NCBI GenBank assembly: GCA_050273025.1
Contig: CP158636.1
Span: 4,464,001-4,528,000 of the forward strand
Direction of reading: 5' to 3'
Source: Cenococcum geophilum
Lineage: Eukaryota
Length of the DNA stretch: 64,000 nt
Part shown: one piece after another, positions 14,397-26,655 of the stretch
Numbering within the stretch: the first letter of the stretch is position 1
How the letters are laid out: every line of letters starts with the position of its first letter
Position numbers and translations under genes: made by a program
Notes under the pieces: model-generated
Told to the model about the DNA's origin: nothing
Seen by the model: the letters and a program-made list of their open reading frames with translations, nothing else
The model's database searches: none

Positions 14397-17300
14397 ATAC
14401 GCGACAAATATATATATATTTGTTGTTGTTATTTATTTATTTTAGGTTGGTTGTCGTTATCCTAGGCAAGTATGTATTCTCAAGAATTCTATTAAATCTA
14501 TTCTCTAAAAGCAATACCCGATCTGGAACATTTGGAACAACTTTAAAGAATATAACTTCTAAAGTACAGTTCTGTTGGGACATTGGAAACAACATTTAGA
14601 CGTAATATTTGTTTAACATTGTTAAAGTCGTTGATTACGGGTGCCGATAGGATAATAGATACTGGATTAATTCTACAGACCTTAGGATTTGGGTCTCCCG
14701 GCTAAGACAAAAAAGGCCAGCGGCCCTCAATACTCTGCGAAAGGCGTTTTGCTACCTCACGGAACGTATCCTTATTAACATTTAAAGTAATTTCAGTGAC
14801 TTGTACAGTCCTAGAGGTAACTTTGGCCATAAGGTTTTCGCGTTTAAATGTACAATCCAGCCTATAACCCATTTAGAACCACTTTTAGAGAGCGAATTCT
14901 TTAAAGTATTGTTCCTACCTAGGATATCTAATATAATAGTCAGGAAAAATGATCTTTGAAAGTATAAATCTTCCTAGAACATTTAAGAAAGGTCCGTTAT
15001 AGCAGTTCACGAAATGCTATAGCTAGGTAAGAAGAAATAATTACGCAAAGTTCCCAAAAGTTTCTTTTCTCTACGTATCAAGTCCTCGGATTAAATGCCT
15101 TCAATCAAAGGACGGATTATATCTTAGGCGTTCAAAACGATCATAGCCACTACTGCACTCGTGGCAACCTATGATTTGAGAACGTGCGTACAGTTCACCC
15201 AACCACACTAAAAGTTGACCCGACTAAGGAGGTCGTTCTAAGTTCTGAAGACATTCTGAACACGTTCTAAACAGGGATCACAACACCTTATAACTTTTTT
15301 ATTTTTAATATATTCATAACGGGATATCGTAGCAATAGATCGGTACATCCCTATACTCCTCCATCCCAACTAACTTTTAGCGTGGATCTCCCGAGTCGTG
15401 CCTCCTCGATGACTTAAGGCAGATCGCCAAAGCCCCATTATTCTGGTTTATTTTTCGATCTAAGAACACTTGCTTGCTGCGATACAAGTAATCATTAAGT
15501 TCCAATTAATAAACAGGTTTTCCGTCCTAGGTTAACGCTTCGCACTTTATTTGCTGGGGTTAAATAACGCAGCTTTTAGAGCCAAAGCTAGGATTAATAA
15601 ACCGTGAAGATTTCTTAGGGTAAGACCTTCACCATTAACTTCTCCAGAATCGTGTTTAACGTAGACGTAGGCCTTTACTACAAGATGCCGCCCTAGAGAA
15701 GTTTCGTTTCTTGGCCTTCTTTAGCTGCAACGTCCTCCCAAGCCCCCTATTTAATCGTGTCTGCAAACCGTCTCTCCAGTAGAATAATTCTGGCGAGCTT
15801 AAGCACGAACCGTTCATACTCCCTTCTTCTATTATCTCTTAACTACCTACTATAATTAAAGAAGGCAAACTGCGGAGTATTATTAAGGCTGAAGGAGCGC
15901 TATGGTTAGAACACTACATAATTAGCCAGGAGTGGAAAGAGCGGTTATTATTGAATGCACCTCCAGCAACATGCAGAAGTATGCAGTTTGCTATTTTGGA
16001 TATAATAATCTGGGCATTTCCAACCCCTTAGATGGAAATATCGTAAGAGGAGGTAGAAAATTAATTGTGGGATATAGTTCGGTCGACATGTGTGCCTTTC
16101 TTAGGCGTCCTTAATATCGGAGATGTTATGGAATATATGGATAAAGTTCGAAACTTTAGCAGGTAAGTGTACTTTTTAACTATTATCTCTATACGTATTA
16201 AGCAAATAGACCTAAATTCACTGTACTGTCTACTAAACTCTAACTTTAGCCAAGCCCTAACCTAAAATGAGGATATATTGGATATTGTGTTTATATTAGT
16301 CCTTGGAACTAACTTACCTTTAAGTTAGGGAGAGAAAATATCTTTACCTAGCAGAGCTTTCTAAATTTCTCCTTCGTCTCTTAACTCTATTAGGGGATAC
16401 TAGTCTACTAAGTATCCCCTCCCTAATTATAGATTGTCTCCAGGTTCTACAGACTTGGCCTAGTATTAAGTATCTATACCTGTCTAAATCTATTGTAGAG
16501 GGGTAACTTTAGAATCTCAGTCACTATAGAAGTATGGGTTTAAACGGGACTATAGGACTTGCCTTAGCGTCATTGATGCCGCCAGGTAGGGCTCGCTTAC
16601 AGTCCAAGCTGTAGTCCGATGCGGTCAATTGGGCTCCCCTCTGCAAGCTAGGTTACACTACACCTTCCACCATGGAAATCCTGGCCCAGGTGCATTTATT
16701 TGGTGCTATATCTCTTAAGGATATCCCTGGCGTGACATGGAACCGTCTATCTCTAGAGATGAAGGCTCTAATTGCCTTTTGCGAAATAAAACATAAATCC
16801 TTTAAGAATGCGATTAAAATTCTAGTCTAAACTCTTCCTAAAATTAAGGAAGCTTATAATGCAAAGTCAATGGAATTTGTACTTGTTGGTACCACTTTAA
16901 TTAATTACTTTAATGTAATGAGACGGGAAGATAAAGGCAAGGCTTTAGCGCGCTCTATGTATATAAAAGCATTTAGGTAGTTAAATAGCAAGACTCTTAC
17001 TAATTCTAAGACTATTAGCGACTCTCTATAATATACTTATTTTATAATCTTAATGGCGGACTTATTCCTTGGATAAGGGAAGTACGATTCGGCTGAGCTC
17101 CTTTATAAGAGCGTTTTGAAATATTGATTTATCGCTAGCGATATGGCCATAAGTGCAGCCCTTTAATTATTAAAAATAAGTCGCAGACGTGGGACAGAAC
17201 CATTATCTGTAAGCATTAAGCTTTTACCTTATAATATCACTATATACTTCTGCTATTATTTTAACAGATGCTATATTCTTATGGTCTTATCGCATTGGTC

Positions 17301-17578
17301 TATAAAAGCCAGTATAGACGCACTCCGCTTTATTACAGCTACCGCTTAATTAACTCTACCATCCAAATTTGTGTAATTTTCTTAGTCTTGTTGCATAAAC
17401 ATATACATCCCTTTCACGTTAATAATCCAAGTTGTCGTAGATATAAAGTTGCTAACCCTAATTCAAGTCTATAAGGGACGCATTCGTACAATTTGATGCT
17501 TGGAAGCTATTAAGGAAAATCTCAGGGAGGTTTTATAAAGTTTCTAGTTCTCTTAAATATACGTTCCTTGAGGAAACG
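14397..17578 (+). pseudogene. RIP-eroded 5' exons (winged-helix/TPR-like helical region) of a large gene continuing in frame into the homeodomain-C2H2 ORF; 5' boundary uncertain, well supported from about 15600
   Basis: Exon relics LLQDAALEKFRFLAFFSCNVLPSPLFNRVCKPSLQ(W)NNSGEL, SMEFVLVGTTLINYFNVMRRE, MADLFLG(Q)GKYDSAELLYKSVL, SAAL(R)LLKISRRRGTEPLS. Phase-consistent splices to a small exon at about 17268-17311 and then to 17476, reading DAFVQFDAWKLLRKISG...LEETMCFLS in the frame of ATG 17579. Confidence 0.65.
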
Positions 17579-19519
17579 ATGTGCTTCTTGTCTGTATTGG
17601 ACCTAGGGGACACCGCGCAAACCTCACACGCATCGGAAGTCGTTAATACCTTAAGCCAGTATTCGATCAGTGATTATAAGGGAACTACTGCCTCGGAGAA
17701 GAACTTCCAAGAAAATCTTGAAGCTCTTCATCACTACAGACCTACCTCTCACGAATCCATCGAACCCGACGACGTTCCAGCTCCTGAGGAACGCAAGTTT
17801 AGCAAAGCGAGGCGGGGGCCGAAGACAGGCCCACTATCCCCGCCACCAGACGCATCAGATGATGAGTTGGAGGGCTTCATTTCAGCAAGTGGGTTAGATT
17901 CAGAAATTTTGAAGACGGCGTTACAGAAGCGCCTGGCCGAAACTGGAGGTCCCCTCGAAGGATTTGATCAGTCACTAATACTAAAATACGCTATGAGGAT
18001 GATGACGAATGAAGAGGCTTCTGACGACATTACTAGAGAATTAGCAGAAGATACGCTGAATCGTCCTGACGATGAACGAAATGGCGCTGCCCCAAATTTT
18101 GAGGTTGAGAACTGGCATGTTGATCCTCAAAATGGTTCTAATCATATGCTGGGACCGGAGGGCCCAGGAACGCCTGCTTCCATTCCAAATGACCATGAAT
18201 CAATGGAGGAGGTACCTTATACCAATACTGAGCTAAGTGCCGGCCATGCTGTCAATGACCAAAGCACTCAAGTGCCGCATCCAGGGAGAAATATTCTCAG
18301 TCACCGTAAGAGAAGACCACCTCAAACGCAAACACACACAGTTGGACTACCCATCGGCAGAAGTTCATCGCACTTAACTACAAGAACAAGCACAAATGAG
18401 GTTCCAGGTATTCAGATAAGACCAACGGTACATCAAGCCACAGCTCCCGTTAAAGAATGGTTCGATGCGCATGGAGATAGCCCATACGCCTCTAACGAGG
18501 AAAAGGCTGCTCTTGCGAATAGCACCGGTTTGACTTTGAAACAAATTGGTGACTGTCTCTCAAATCTACGAGCTCGTAAGTTACTCAAGGGTGGGTATTC
18601 TATATTTTGCATTTTCTATTGACATAAAATAAGAGCTGATATGTTGCTAGGTAATACACTCAACAGTACCAAGTCAGCATCTGAAAACGAAGCATCTTCA
18701 ATCTATAGCCCTGCCAATATACCCCCGATGTCTTCCTGGGCGATTGGCACTCCACCTGCGAGAAGTTCGTCGACCGACTTCCCTCAATTACCGGAGCTTC
18801 TACAGAATGCAATAGAAAACAAAGTTCATGGAAGTGTGGAGGCTGCAAGAAAGCTATCTCATCAGTCCAGCTCTGCTATGGCACCGGAATTGCCATCCTC
18901 ACCATCGGTCCCAGAAGATCTTCAGGGCGTTGCTCGCTTGGATTTCGGTCGAAAGGGTAAGAAAAGATTTATGCGGACACTTAACCCAGCTTCAGAGGGG
19001 ACCCACGCCTTGACCAATGACTACAAAGATGAAGACGGCTGGTCATTTCAATGCACCTTCTGCTTGAAGAGATGCAAGAATTCCTATGAGTGGAAGAGAC
19101 ACGAGGGCACCCACGTTGTCGCAAGAACATGGACATGCATGCCAGAGAATGTAGCTACCAAAGGCAACGGATGCGTCTTCTGCGACCTCAAGTTTCCTTC
19201 CTTAGCCCACCTAGGGGAACACAATATTCACGTATGTCTTAAGAAGGCTCTTCCCGCCCGGACCTTCGCGCGGAAAGACCACCTTAAGCAGCATATTGAG
19301 CAGGTCCACCTCCCAGGGCAAGACAATGGCTTCAGTAATTTAGACGAGATACTGGACCGTTGGTCTCGGGACGCCGATGAGTCCGAGTTCGCTTCTGGGG
19401 TTCTGTGGTGCGGTTTCTGTAGCACTAGTTTTAAGAGCTGGGGAGAACGAGTTAAGCACATTTCATCCCATTTTAAAGCTGGAGCCAAGATGGTGGACTG
19501 GCGCTATAAACCGGTGTAG
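17579..19519 (+). CDS. TALE/KN-type homeodomain + C2H2 zinc-finger transcription factor, paralog 1; intron 18591-18650; probably the intact 3' half of a larger gene
   Basis: ORFs 17579-18622 and 18641-19519 join in frame through a 60-nt GTGGGT..GCTGAT..TAG intron. Homeodomain KEWFDAH..PYAS..STGLTLKQI..NLRARK, GRKGKKRF, and C2H2 motifs FQCTFC..EWKRHEGTH, RKDHLKQHIEQVH, LWCGFC..HISSHF. Confidence 0.85.
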
Positions 19520-19654
19520 CTGGGTTATGCATCCTTATACAGGAGCGCAGGGCTTTATTCCTAATATACAAGAAGATTTCGTAATGAAGAAAATATCAGT
19601 GACGAACCGGATAGCTGGAACTAGATTTGCTACAACAATCCGAAGGTGATAAAG

Positions 19655-21028
19655 CAGACTTGCTGATAAACAAACAATTCAAACCATGGATCTTCGGTTT
19701 GGTTGATTGGATATTTTGAAGCTTCAAGCTTGTTTGTTTCGTTTGGTTGATCAAACTAGCAAACGGTTTGGATAGATTTGACTGTTTGGATAGATTTATA
19801 TACATTTTTGCGCAACGGTAAGAGGATCTAGGAGCTCTACGCTACAATCTAGTGATAGGCGTTTGGTGTTTTAATGCTCGCGCTAAGCTTAAAAGTCAAG
19901 AGGGAACAAAATCAATCACCCCTAGTATTAAGAACAGGAAGGTCTAATTCTATTAATCTAAAGCGGCAAATCTATTAATATTAGTTACTATAATGATATC
20001 TGAACGTTATATAAGGATAGCTTACTGTAGTGTGGATCAAACCTTATTGTCGCTCTGGCGGAAGGTCACGTGACTCCAAATTTGATGCAGAGTTTTCCTA
20101 TGTAAAAGATGCCCAAAAAATTGATCGCCCGCCACGACGGCAGCAATATCGACCTGGCTATGTAGCCAGTCCTCCCTGTACATTATTGTATGTATACAAA
20201 ACAGCTCCTAAAGTGGGAGATCGCGCCTCTCAATAGCGCCAAAGTTAAAGGCCAGAATTAAAAATTTGGGTAGGACGTCGCACTATTTAAAAGTCAGCAA
20301 ACCAAATCAAATGGCGCGATCTCCGGTTAAGTCCGAACCAGTATACGATTTCCTTATTAGGAAAGGTCATTTTCTGCGTTTAATAAAGCCGTTGCGGTTC
20401 TAGCTTCGCGTACACTGCAAGGCTGCAATAATATCAGGCCGCATTCGTGAGCGACGAGGCTCAAGCATATCACTAAGCTCACTAAACGATCGTTCGCAAT
20501 TGCAGCTTAATGGCGGTATACTTAGTATATCAAGCGCCATTTGACTAAGGTTAGGAAACTCCATTGCCATCGTCCTCCAGTATAAGAACGGATCGCGAGC
20601 CAGTGGGTGATCTTCCGCTAGTAGATCGAGTTTCTTCTACTGCTCGTACTCGTCTTCTTGATCATCAGATAAGGAAGGTGCTGTAGTAAAGGCGGTATAG
20701 GAATTGGTGGGTAAAAGAGGAGATTTTAGTAGGCTTAAGTCAAAAAGACGTGTTCGGATGTTTATTTTCGGCGCGTATATTATATCACAATCGTAGTATA
20801 TTATAGAACTGCCCAAAATCAACCACCAAGAACCCCTATATCTACTCCCCTTAGCCAAAAATAATACCTATATCTTATGTATTAAACGAGCAAACCAACT
20901 CAATCAAACGAGACGATATAGGGCTTGATTGACTGCTAAAATCGGGTCTCTGGGTTTGATTGGTTGTTTGATTACAAAGCAAACAAACAAACAAACTAGC
21001 AAACGGGGTTTGTTTATCAGCAAGTCTG
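19655..21028 (-). mobile_element. Internally deleted hAT DNA transposon
   Basis: 21-bp TIRs CAGACTTGCTGATAAACAAAC. Perfect 8-bp TSD TGATAAAG (19647-19654 and 21029-21036). Minus strand at about 20385-20620 reads DPFLYWRTMAMEFPNLSQMALDILSIPPLSCNCERSFSELSDMLEPRRSRMRPDIIAALQC, the hAT C-terminal dimerisation domain. Confidence 0.93.
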
Positions 21029-21741
21029 TGATAAAGTGCATCCCTGGCATGGCGTTCTGTGAATGGTGAGAGAAACTTGGAAATTCAGCATCAGCTTAGG
21101 AGTAAATCTCAGTCAACCCGAGGGGGTGAACTTCACCCAGCCTAAGAGACTGCGGATCTAGGAGCTCGTGGCTCGTTGCGCCGCCTCACTTCTCGCCCTG
21201 CCATTTTTGTCCAACCACTGATGCCGTTTACGCCCAAATGGTTCTGCAAGATGTCGAGTTGAGCCCGGGTCCGCTGCCGCTACGATTGATCTCTCTCGCA
21301 GCTAATGCGCCGAGATCAGGCCCCGAAATTCCTGACCTCCAGACACCTAGCACCAATTTTGAGCTGAAACTGGCTGTTGGCACAAATGGTTCAATCAAGA
21401 GCTTTGACCAGGGGTACCCCTCATCCAACCCCCACACAGCATCTTCTTAACTTCATTCAGATTCAGCTGAAATATCAAAATTAAAGGCAACTAAAATTTT
21501 AAAGTGGTAATTAGTACCGGCATGGATCAAGACATTTCCACTCTAAAAGGCAACTTGCAACATGACTCTACATAATTTGGGATTAATGGTGTGCCCCTAG
21601 CGTAGATAGTTAGTCGAAGCCGCCTGAGTATACAAGAAGGTATCATGAACAGATTATTAGCAGCTCCGTTGGTTTGTATCATATATTCTACGCCAAAGTG
21701 CTACTATATTTAAAAAATACTAATGCGATTCTTTTGCGATA

Positions 21742-21823
21742 ACGTGAGCGATAGGGATGCACCGACGAAATTTGTTAAGAACCGTCATAACTATGCCGAC
21801 CGTCATAACCCTCTCGCTCACGT
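21742..21823. mobile_element. 82-bp Tc1/mariner (Fot1/pogo-type) micro-MITE
   Basis: TA|ACGTGAGCGATAGGG ... CCCTCTCGCTCACGT|TA: ACGT-initiated TIRs with a TA TSD. Internal direct repeat ACCGTCATAAC x2. Confidence 0.7.
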
Positions 21824-23129
21824 TATCGAGAATTTGTAAAGATAAGAAACACTTTTACATGCATCAGGCATCAACGAATAAGTCGTGGCACACTTCTGAC
21901 TAAGCAACTTTTCTAAAATGCAACAACGCAATGCTGAAAATCTCCTCTTAAGTATAACGCTATTAAAAGCTTAGTTTGCTAACTTTTAGAAAATTTGATA
22001 AATATTGGGGTCGTTGAACCTCTGGTGTTCTTCGCACAGGCCAAAAGAAAATGTGGGAGTCGCTTCCACCTAGTTGTGGGGAAGCGGCCGCAACCTAAAG
22101 ATGAACTGAGAGAAGTATAAGAAGCCAGTGTGTATCTTAATATTGCTTTTAGGTTCATAAGGAATGGCACCGGTAAAGGCTGACAGTAGTCTACGAAGGC
22201 TAAGGTGCACGAAAGCTGAGGTGCACACAGCTTAGCTGTAATAACAGAAGACGTTGATGGGCAGTAGTCAGTGGGCGCTGGGAGGATGCATGATGGCGCG
22301 CGAGAGCACACGATGCAGGGAGATACATGTACAAGAGTGAAATTCCTGACTTGGCGGGGATCCTCCAGTAATAACTCAATTAGTTCAGCAATCTGCACCG
22401 TCCGAGGCCTGCTGTGAGTCTGCCTTGGATGAAACTTGGATGAGGCCTGCCTGTTTTCCTCAACACTTCCACAGAGTGTATATAACATGGCTATATCCAA
22501 CCCTCTCGTCCAATCGGTCAAGCATTTACCATCGCACCCTGCCCATGCCATTCCATTGCCCTTCTCTCAGAGATCTCCCTTTGGCATCCTTGTTTACACC
22601 TACAGATGGTGGATGGCAACCATGGCACGGGGGCACGAGTCAGATTTGGGAAAGCTGTGGCACCAGATTCAGCTGGTAGACAAGCAGCTGGCATCGCAAT
22701 ACTCTCCGAAGATAGATTCGGGCAAAGATTCGGGCAAAGATTCGAATGATGTAGGCAAGTAGCTGGCGCAAAATCCTCAGAGACAGATTCCAGTGGTTGT
22801 AGGAAAATGTTGGCAGGCAGATCTGGATAGCTGTAGAGAAGTGCTAGCAGACATAGAGCAAAACGTCTCAAAACACGGATTGTAGCGAGGCCGAGTATAC
22901 GAAGACACGATAATTGTGAGACCGGCCAGCCATGTAATGTGGCGAAGAATTCGAACAGCAAGTGAGACCTGCGTATCCGCCTTGAATGTCAATTTCGAGT
23001 CCCTGTCCTCCAGATTATGTTTTATTAGCATGTCCTTTGCTCGTTTTCCAGGCTGGCCTTTTCTAACCTTTTCGTACGAGCGGATTGTTGAAATAACTTC
23101 ATAGCAGCCCGGGAGCACGTGACCTGAAC

Positions 23130-25057
23130 ATGCTAAGCAATATGTCTTGGCAGCCTCATCACATTAGCGATATCAGCTTTACCTCTCAGTGTTCTGGACA
23201 CTGGCACGACTGGGTTGACGATCAAGTGTATGGTTTCGAGCTATCTACTTCGGAAATTTTACTTACGAATTTACTAGTGTTGATAGTCAGCTACAGCCTG
23301 ATGAGCTTGGGTTCCATGCTGACGTAACCACCGACTCATCCTTCAGTGCCCCAGCGGGAGCCCCAGAAAGCGACTACGGCCACAACGCTCTTCAACATGC
23401 ACATCACATTATTCCAGTATGGCTCCAAAGTGCGCCAGATCAGCAAAGTCTCTTTGCAGGCCCTCAGAACCCTCTTGAGCCGACGAACAACTCTCTGCTT
23501 ACTGGCAATTGGCTTACATCCCCTGTATTTGACGACAAGGAATTTAACGGCTGTGAAGCTTCTTCTGCAAAGCTCCCTAGTACTACCATTGCACCCTCTA
23601 CTGGGGCTTGTATTATCCCACTCCATGATAAACCGAGCCGTACCAATTATGTCCGGATAAAGGACTTAGAGCTTGATATTACTCCCAGTCCTTACTCTAA
23701 AGCTGTAGATACAGGATCAAGCATTGATTATGGCGCCATTTCGCCATTGAGGCTGTATAGCTTGCCTGTGGACCCTCATGTACAGGGAAATTCGATCGGA
23801 ACGACTAAGGGCAATAAACAACTTACTTGTAACACGAAACTTGGGCAAAAGGATAACTTGGGACCCCACGGTAAACCGCACCAGAGCTCTGGGAACATGA
23901 AGAGGGCTGAAACTTTGAATTTTACCCAGCCCAACCGACTGAGCTCGATGATAAAGACTTCATGTCCTGGCATAAACGCTAAATCTGCTCCTGGTGAAGG
24001 AGTGGGCAGAGAACTGCTCAAGGAATGGTTCAACGCGCATCGGAACTTTCCATATCCAACCTGCGAGGAAGAATCATCTTTCATGAGCAGCACTGGCTTG
24101 ACTTTGCGGCAAATCAGAACTTATTTTGCTAACCAACGGGCCCGGAACATAAGAAGAGGTTCGTTGCATTTGGATAAATCCTCGAGGGAAATGCTAACTA
24201 CTTACCCAGCGGTCGACCAGTCTAGCAGCTATAGCATTACTCGTTTCGATAATCCATCAGCAGCAGATTCATCATCTAGCCTTCCTGGAGTGTTTAGAAA
24301 GTTCTGTTGTGATAAAGACACTCCGAAGCCCACTGAGAATTCAGGATCATTACCCTCGGAAGGGCCTCCATTGTTTCCCTTCTTGGCAAGCGGACAGTAC
24401 GGTAGCAATACCGGAAACGCAGAGGCAGTAAACGAAGGATCTTCGACATTGACTTTCTCAAACGCATTGAACCTTTCCGCTTCTCACTGTCCCACCGTCG
24501 GTAGAAAAGGCAAGAAAAGATTCGCGCCTTCCTCTTCGTTACTGGAGATCCAATCTACAGCGGAGGACACCAACTCTTACTACTGTACTTTTTGCGTGAA
24601 GCAGCTGAAAGACCGCTACGAGTGGAAGAGGCATGAGGCCACGCATGTTGTAGCCATCCGGTGGACCTGCATGCCAAATAACGAAGCCGTCATACAAAAC
24701 AAATGCGTATTCTGCCAAGCTCATTGCCCATCTCTCGAACATCTAGAGGAGCACAATGTCCAAGCATGCCTGGATCGGCCGCTATCAACTAGAGTGTTCT
24801 CAAGAAAGGATCACCTAAGTCAACATGCCAAACAAGCCCATCTATCAAAACAGGAAGCGCACAGCAGCAGCTCGAGCGGATTCAATGTTCCGCCTTCTTG
24901 GATGAGTGAAGTAGATTCGTCTGAGTTTGCGCCTGGGATCTTGTGGTGTGGCTTCTGCCGGACGGATCTGAGCAGTTGGACGGAAAGAATTGATCACATC
25001 TCGTCGCATTTTCAAGAGGGAGCCAAGATGGTGAATTGGCGTTATAAGCTGACGTAG
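23130..25057 (+). CDS. TALE/KN-type homeodomain + C2H2 zinc-finger transcription factor, paralog 2; probable intron 23228-23286
   Basis: The frame of ORF 23747-25057 stays open upstream to about 23287. A GTATGG..GATAG intron joins it in frame to ATG 23130/23142. KEWFNAH..FPYPT..STGLTLRQIRTYFANQRAR, GRKGKKRF, and the same C2H2 array as paralog 1, ending GAKMVNWRYK. Confidence 0.88.
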
Positions 25058-25206
25058 ACAGCCTTTGTATGCTCCGACCACTTTCCCTTCTCGAACTTCT
25101 AAGTGTAATTCCTTTCCTTAGCGCTACAGAGGCCGTTCTTTACTAAATGATATATTCAGACGCCACGAGTACTACACTATTTTTACTCACGCGTGCTCAA
25201 GCACTA

Positions 25207-25424
25207 ACGTAGGTAACGGGGTTTTGACCGCTCCCTGGGTTAGCGTACCGCCTGCTATTTAAAGTAAAGTTTTGTTGTTCTGCCAAAATCAAAGTAACAC
25301 ATACATTTAAAAGGCGGTGTGTCGTGCTAAGACCTACCCAGGCGTGATAGATATAACTTAGGTAAAGTTTTGGTGTTCAAAACGGTCATAACCCAGGGAG
25401 CGGACAAAACCCCGTCACCTACGT
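25207..25424. mobile_element. 218-bp Fot1/pogo-type MITE
   Basis: TA|ACGTAGGTAACGGGGTTTTGACCGCTCCCTGGGTTA ... TAACCCAGGGAGCGGACAAAACCCCGTCACCTACGT|TA: long near-perfect TIRs and a TA TSD. Confidence 0.9.
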
Positions 25425-26655
25425 TACCTGACAATTCCCAAAAATTAATACAGAGCAGTATGATCTCTCAAAGCTTTGAAGTCTAAATTTTCCACCTTTT
25501 CCTTTTGTCATGTGGATTCATGAATTTCCGGCACAGTTGAAGAAGATTGGCAAAAGACGGTGCTTACTGTCGTTGCGCGATTATATGAGCACAGTAATTA
25601 TATAAGTATCTTGAAGATCACGTGATAGTCCACCTTCCTGGGATAAGAATAAGGTCTGTAACTACCACAGCCGCCCTGAAGCTCATTTGGAGGGGCAGAG
25701 GTTGTAAAAATGCTCTGGGCGGCTCTCTCATTCCTTCTAAGTGTTCTACTTATTTTTAAGCTTCTACTAGCCGAATGTTCGACTTTATGATTGAGGAGGA
25801 CAAATCAGGGAGAGGCTCGTTTAGGGAGGCGTTCCCTCAATAATAGCCTTGCAGACGCGATAACCGCCTCCACCCCGGCAACTTACAAACTTCTCTCTTC
25901 AAATAATATGGTGATGTCGACCTGAATCGGATTTTGCCACCTTGACTCGGTCACCGACCCCTTGACTCGGTCACCGACTCAGTCAACCACGTGTATATAT
26001 AGCCTCATTTTCTTCATAGATCAATCTTCACACGAGTTTTCCTTTCCTGACGTCTGCGCACGGACTTCCAATTGACAGGTGAGCTGAACTACAGTCATTG
26101 ATGGACTAGTCAGCGGAGCGTTAATTGCCGGTACTACATCGACCCGAAAAGCAAATCCTACGATGCTTCTATTGGTGATTACTTTGTTGATCTTGACCCA
26201 GTACTGCACGACAGTGCTTTAGATGTGCCTTACGAACGCACTGAACGGCTATGCCCTTCTCAAATTGCCGGACTATCACCGCACCAATCGCACTCGACGG
26301 CGCACCCGCACGACGATCGCCTTTTCAACATACTTGACCCGCGTGTTGGTAGCGATGGTGTCAACGGGAAAGATAAACTGAGCAGCAAGTTTCACAATCC
26401 GGTTGATATGCCCATGGGAGCAGCGTATGCGGGGGACGGATGAGCCGCGACCTTGAGAGAGAAAGGATTGAAAGGATGCTAAAAGCAAGAGAATGAAAGC
26501 GGGCTTGTGGAGAAGATCGTGGAGTTGTGGAGAAAGGAAGAGAGGTCGTGGGGTGACCTAAATCCACACTTTCTTATATACATATATCTACAAGAAATTT
26601 ACCCTATGTCCCAATCACCTCCTTCCCATTCCCCCCTTTCCCCCTCCCAAGGACC

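Noticed and set aside
19996..20370. Possible second small element nested inside the hAT
   Set aside because: Only weak terminal similarity (TGAACGTTATATAAGGA vs TCCTTATTAGGAAAGGTCA) and no convincing TSD.
21979..23118. Short ORFs between the two TF genes
   Set aside because: No recognisable domains and mutually overlapping. Possibly a decayed gene but not supportable.
17579..25057. Two adjacent homeodomain genes as a basidiomycete HD1/HD2 mating-type locus
   Set aside because: They are co-oriented paralogs of the same class, each with C2H2 fingers, in an ascomycete-like RIP context. HD1/HD2 genes are divergent and dissimilar.
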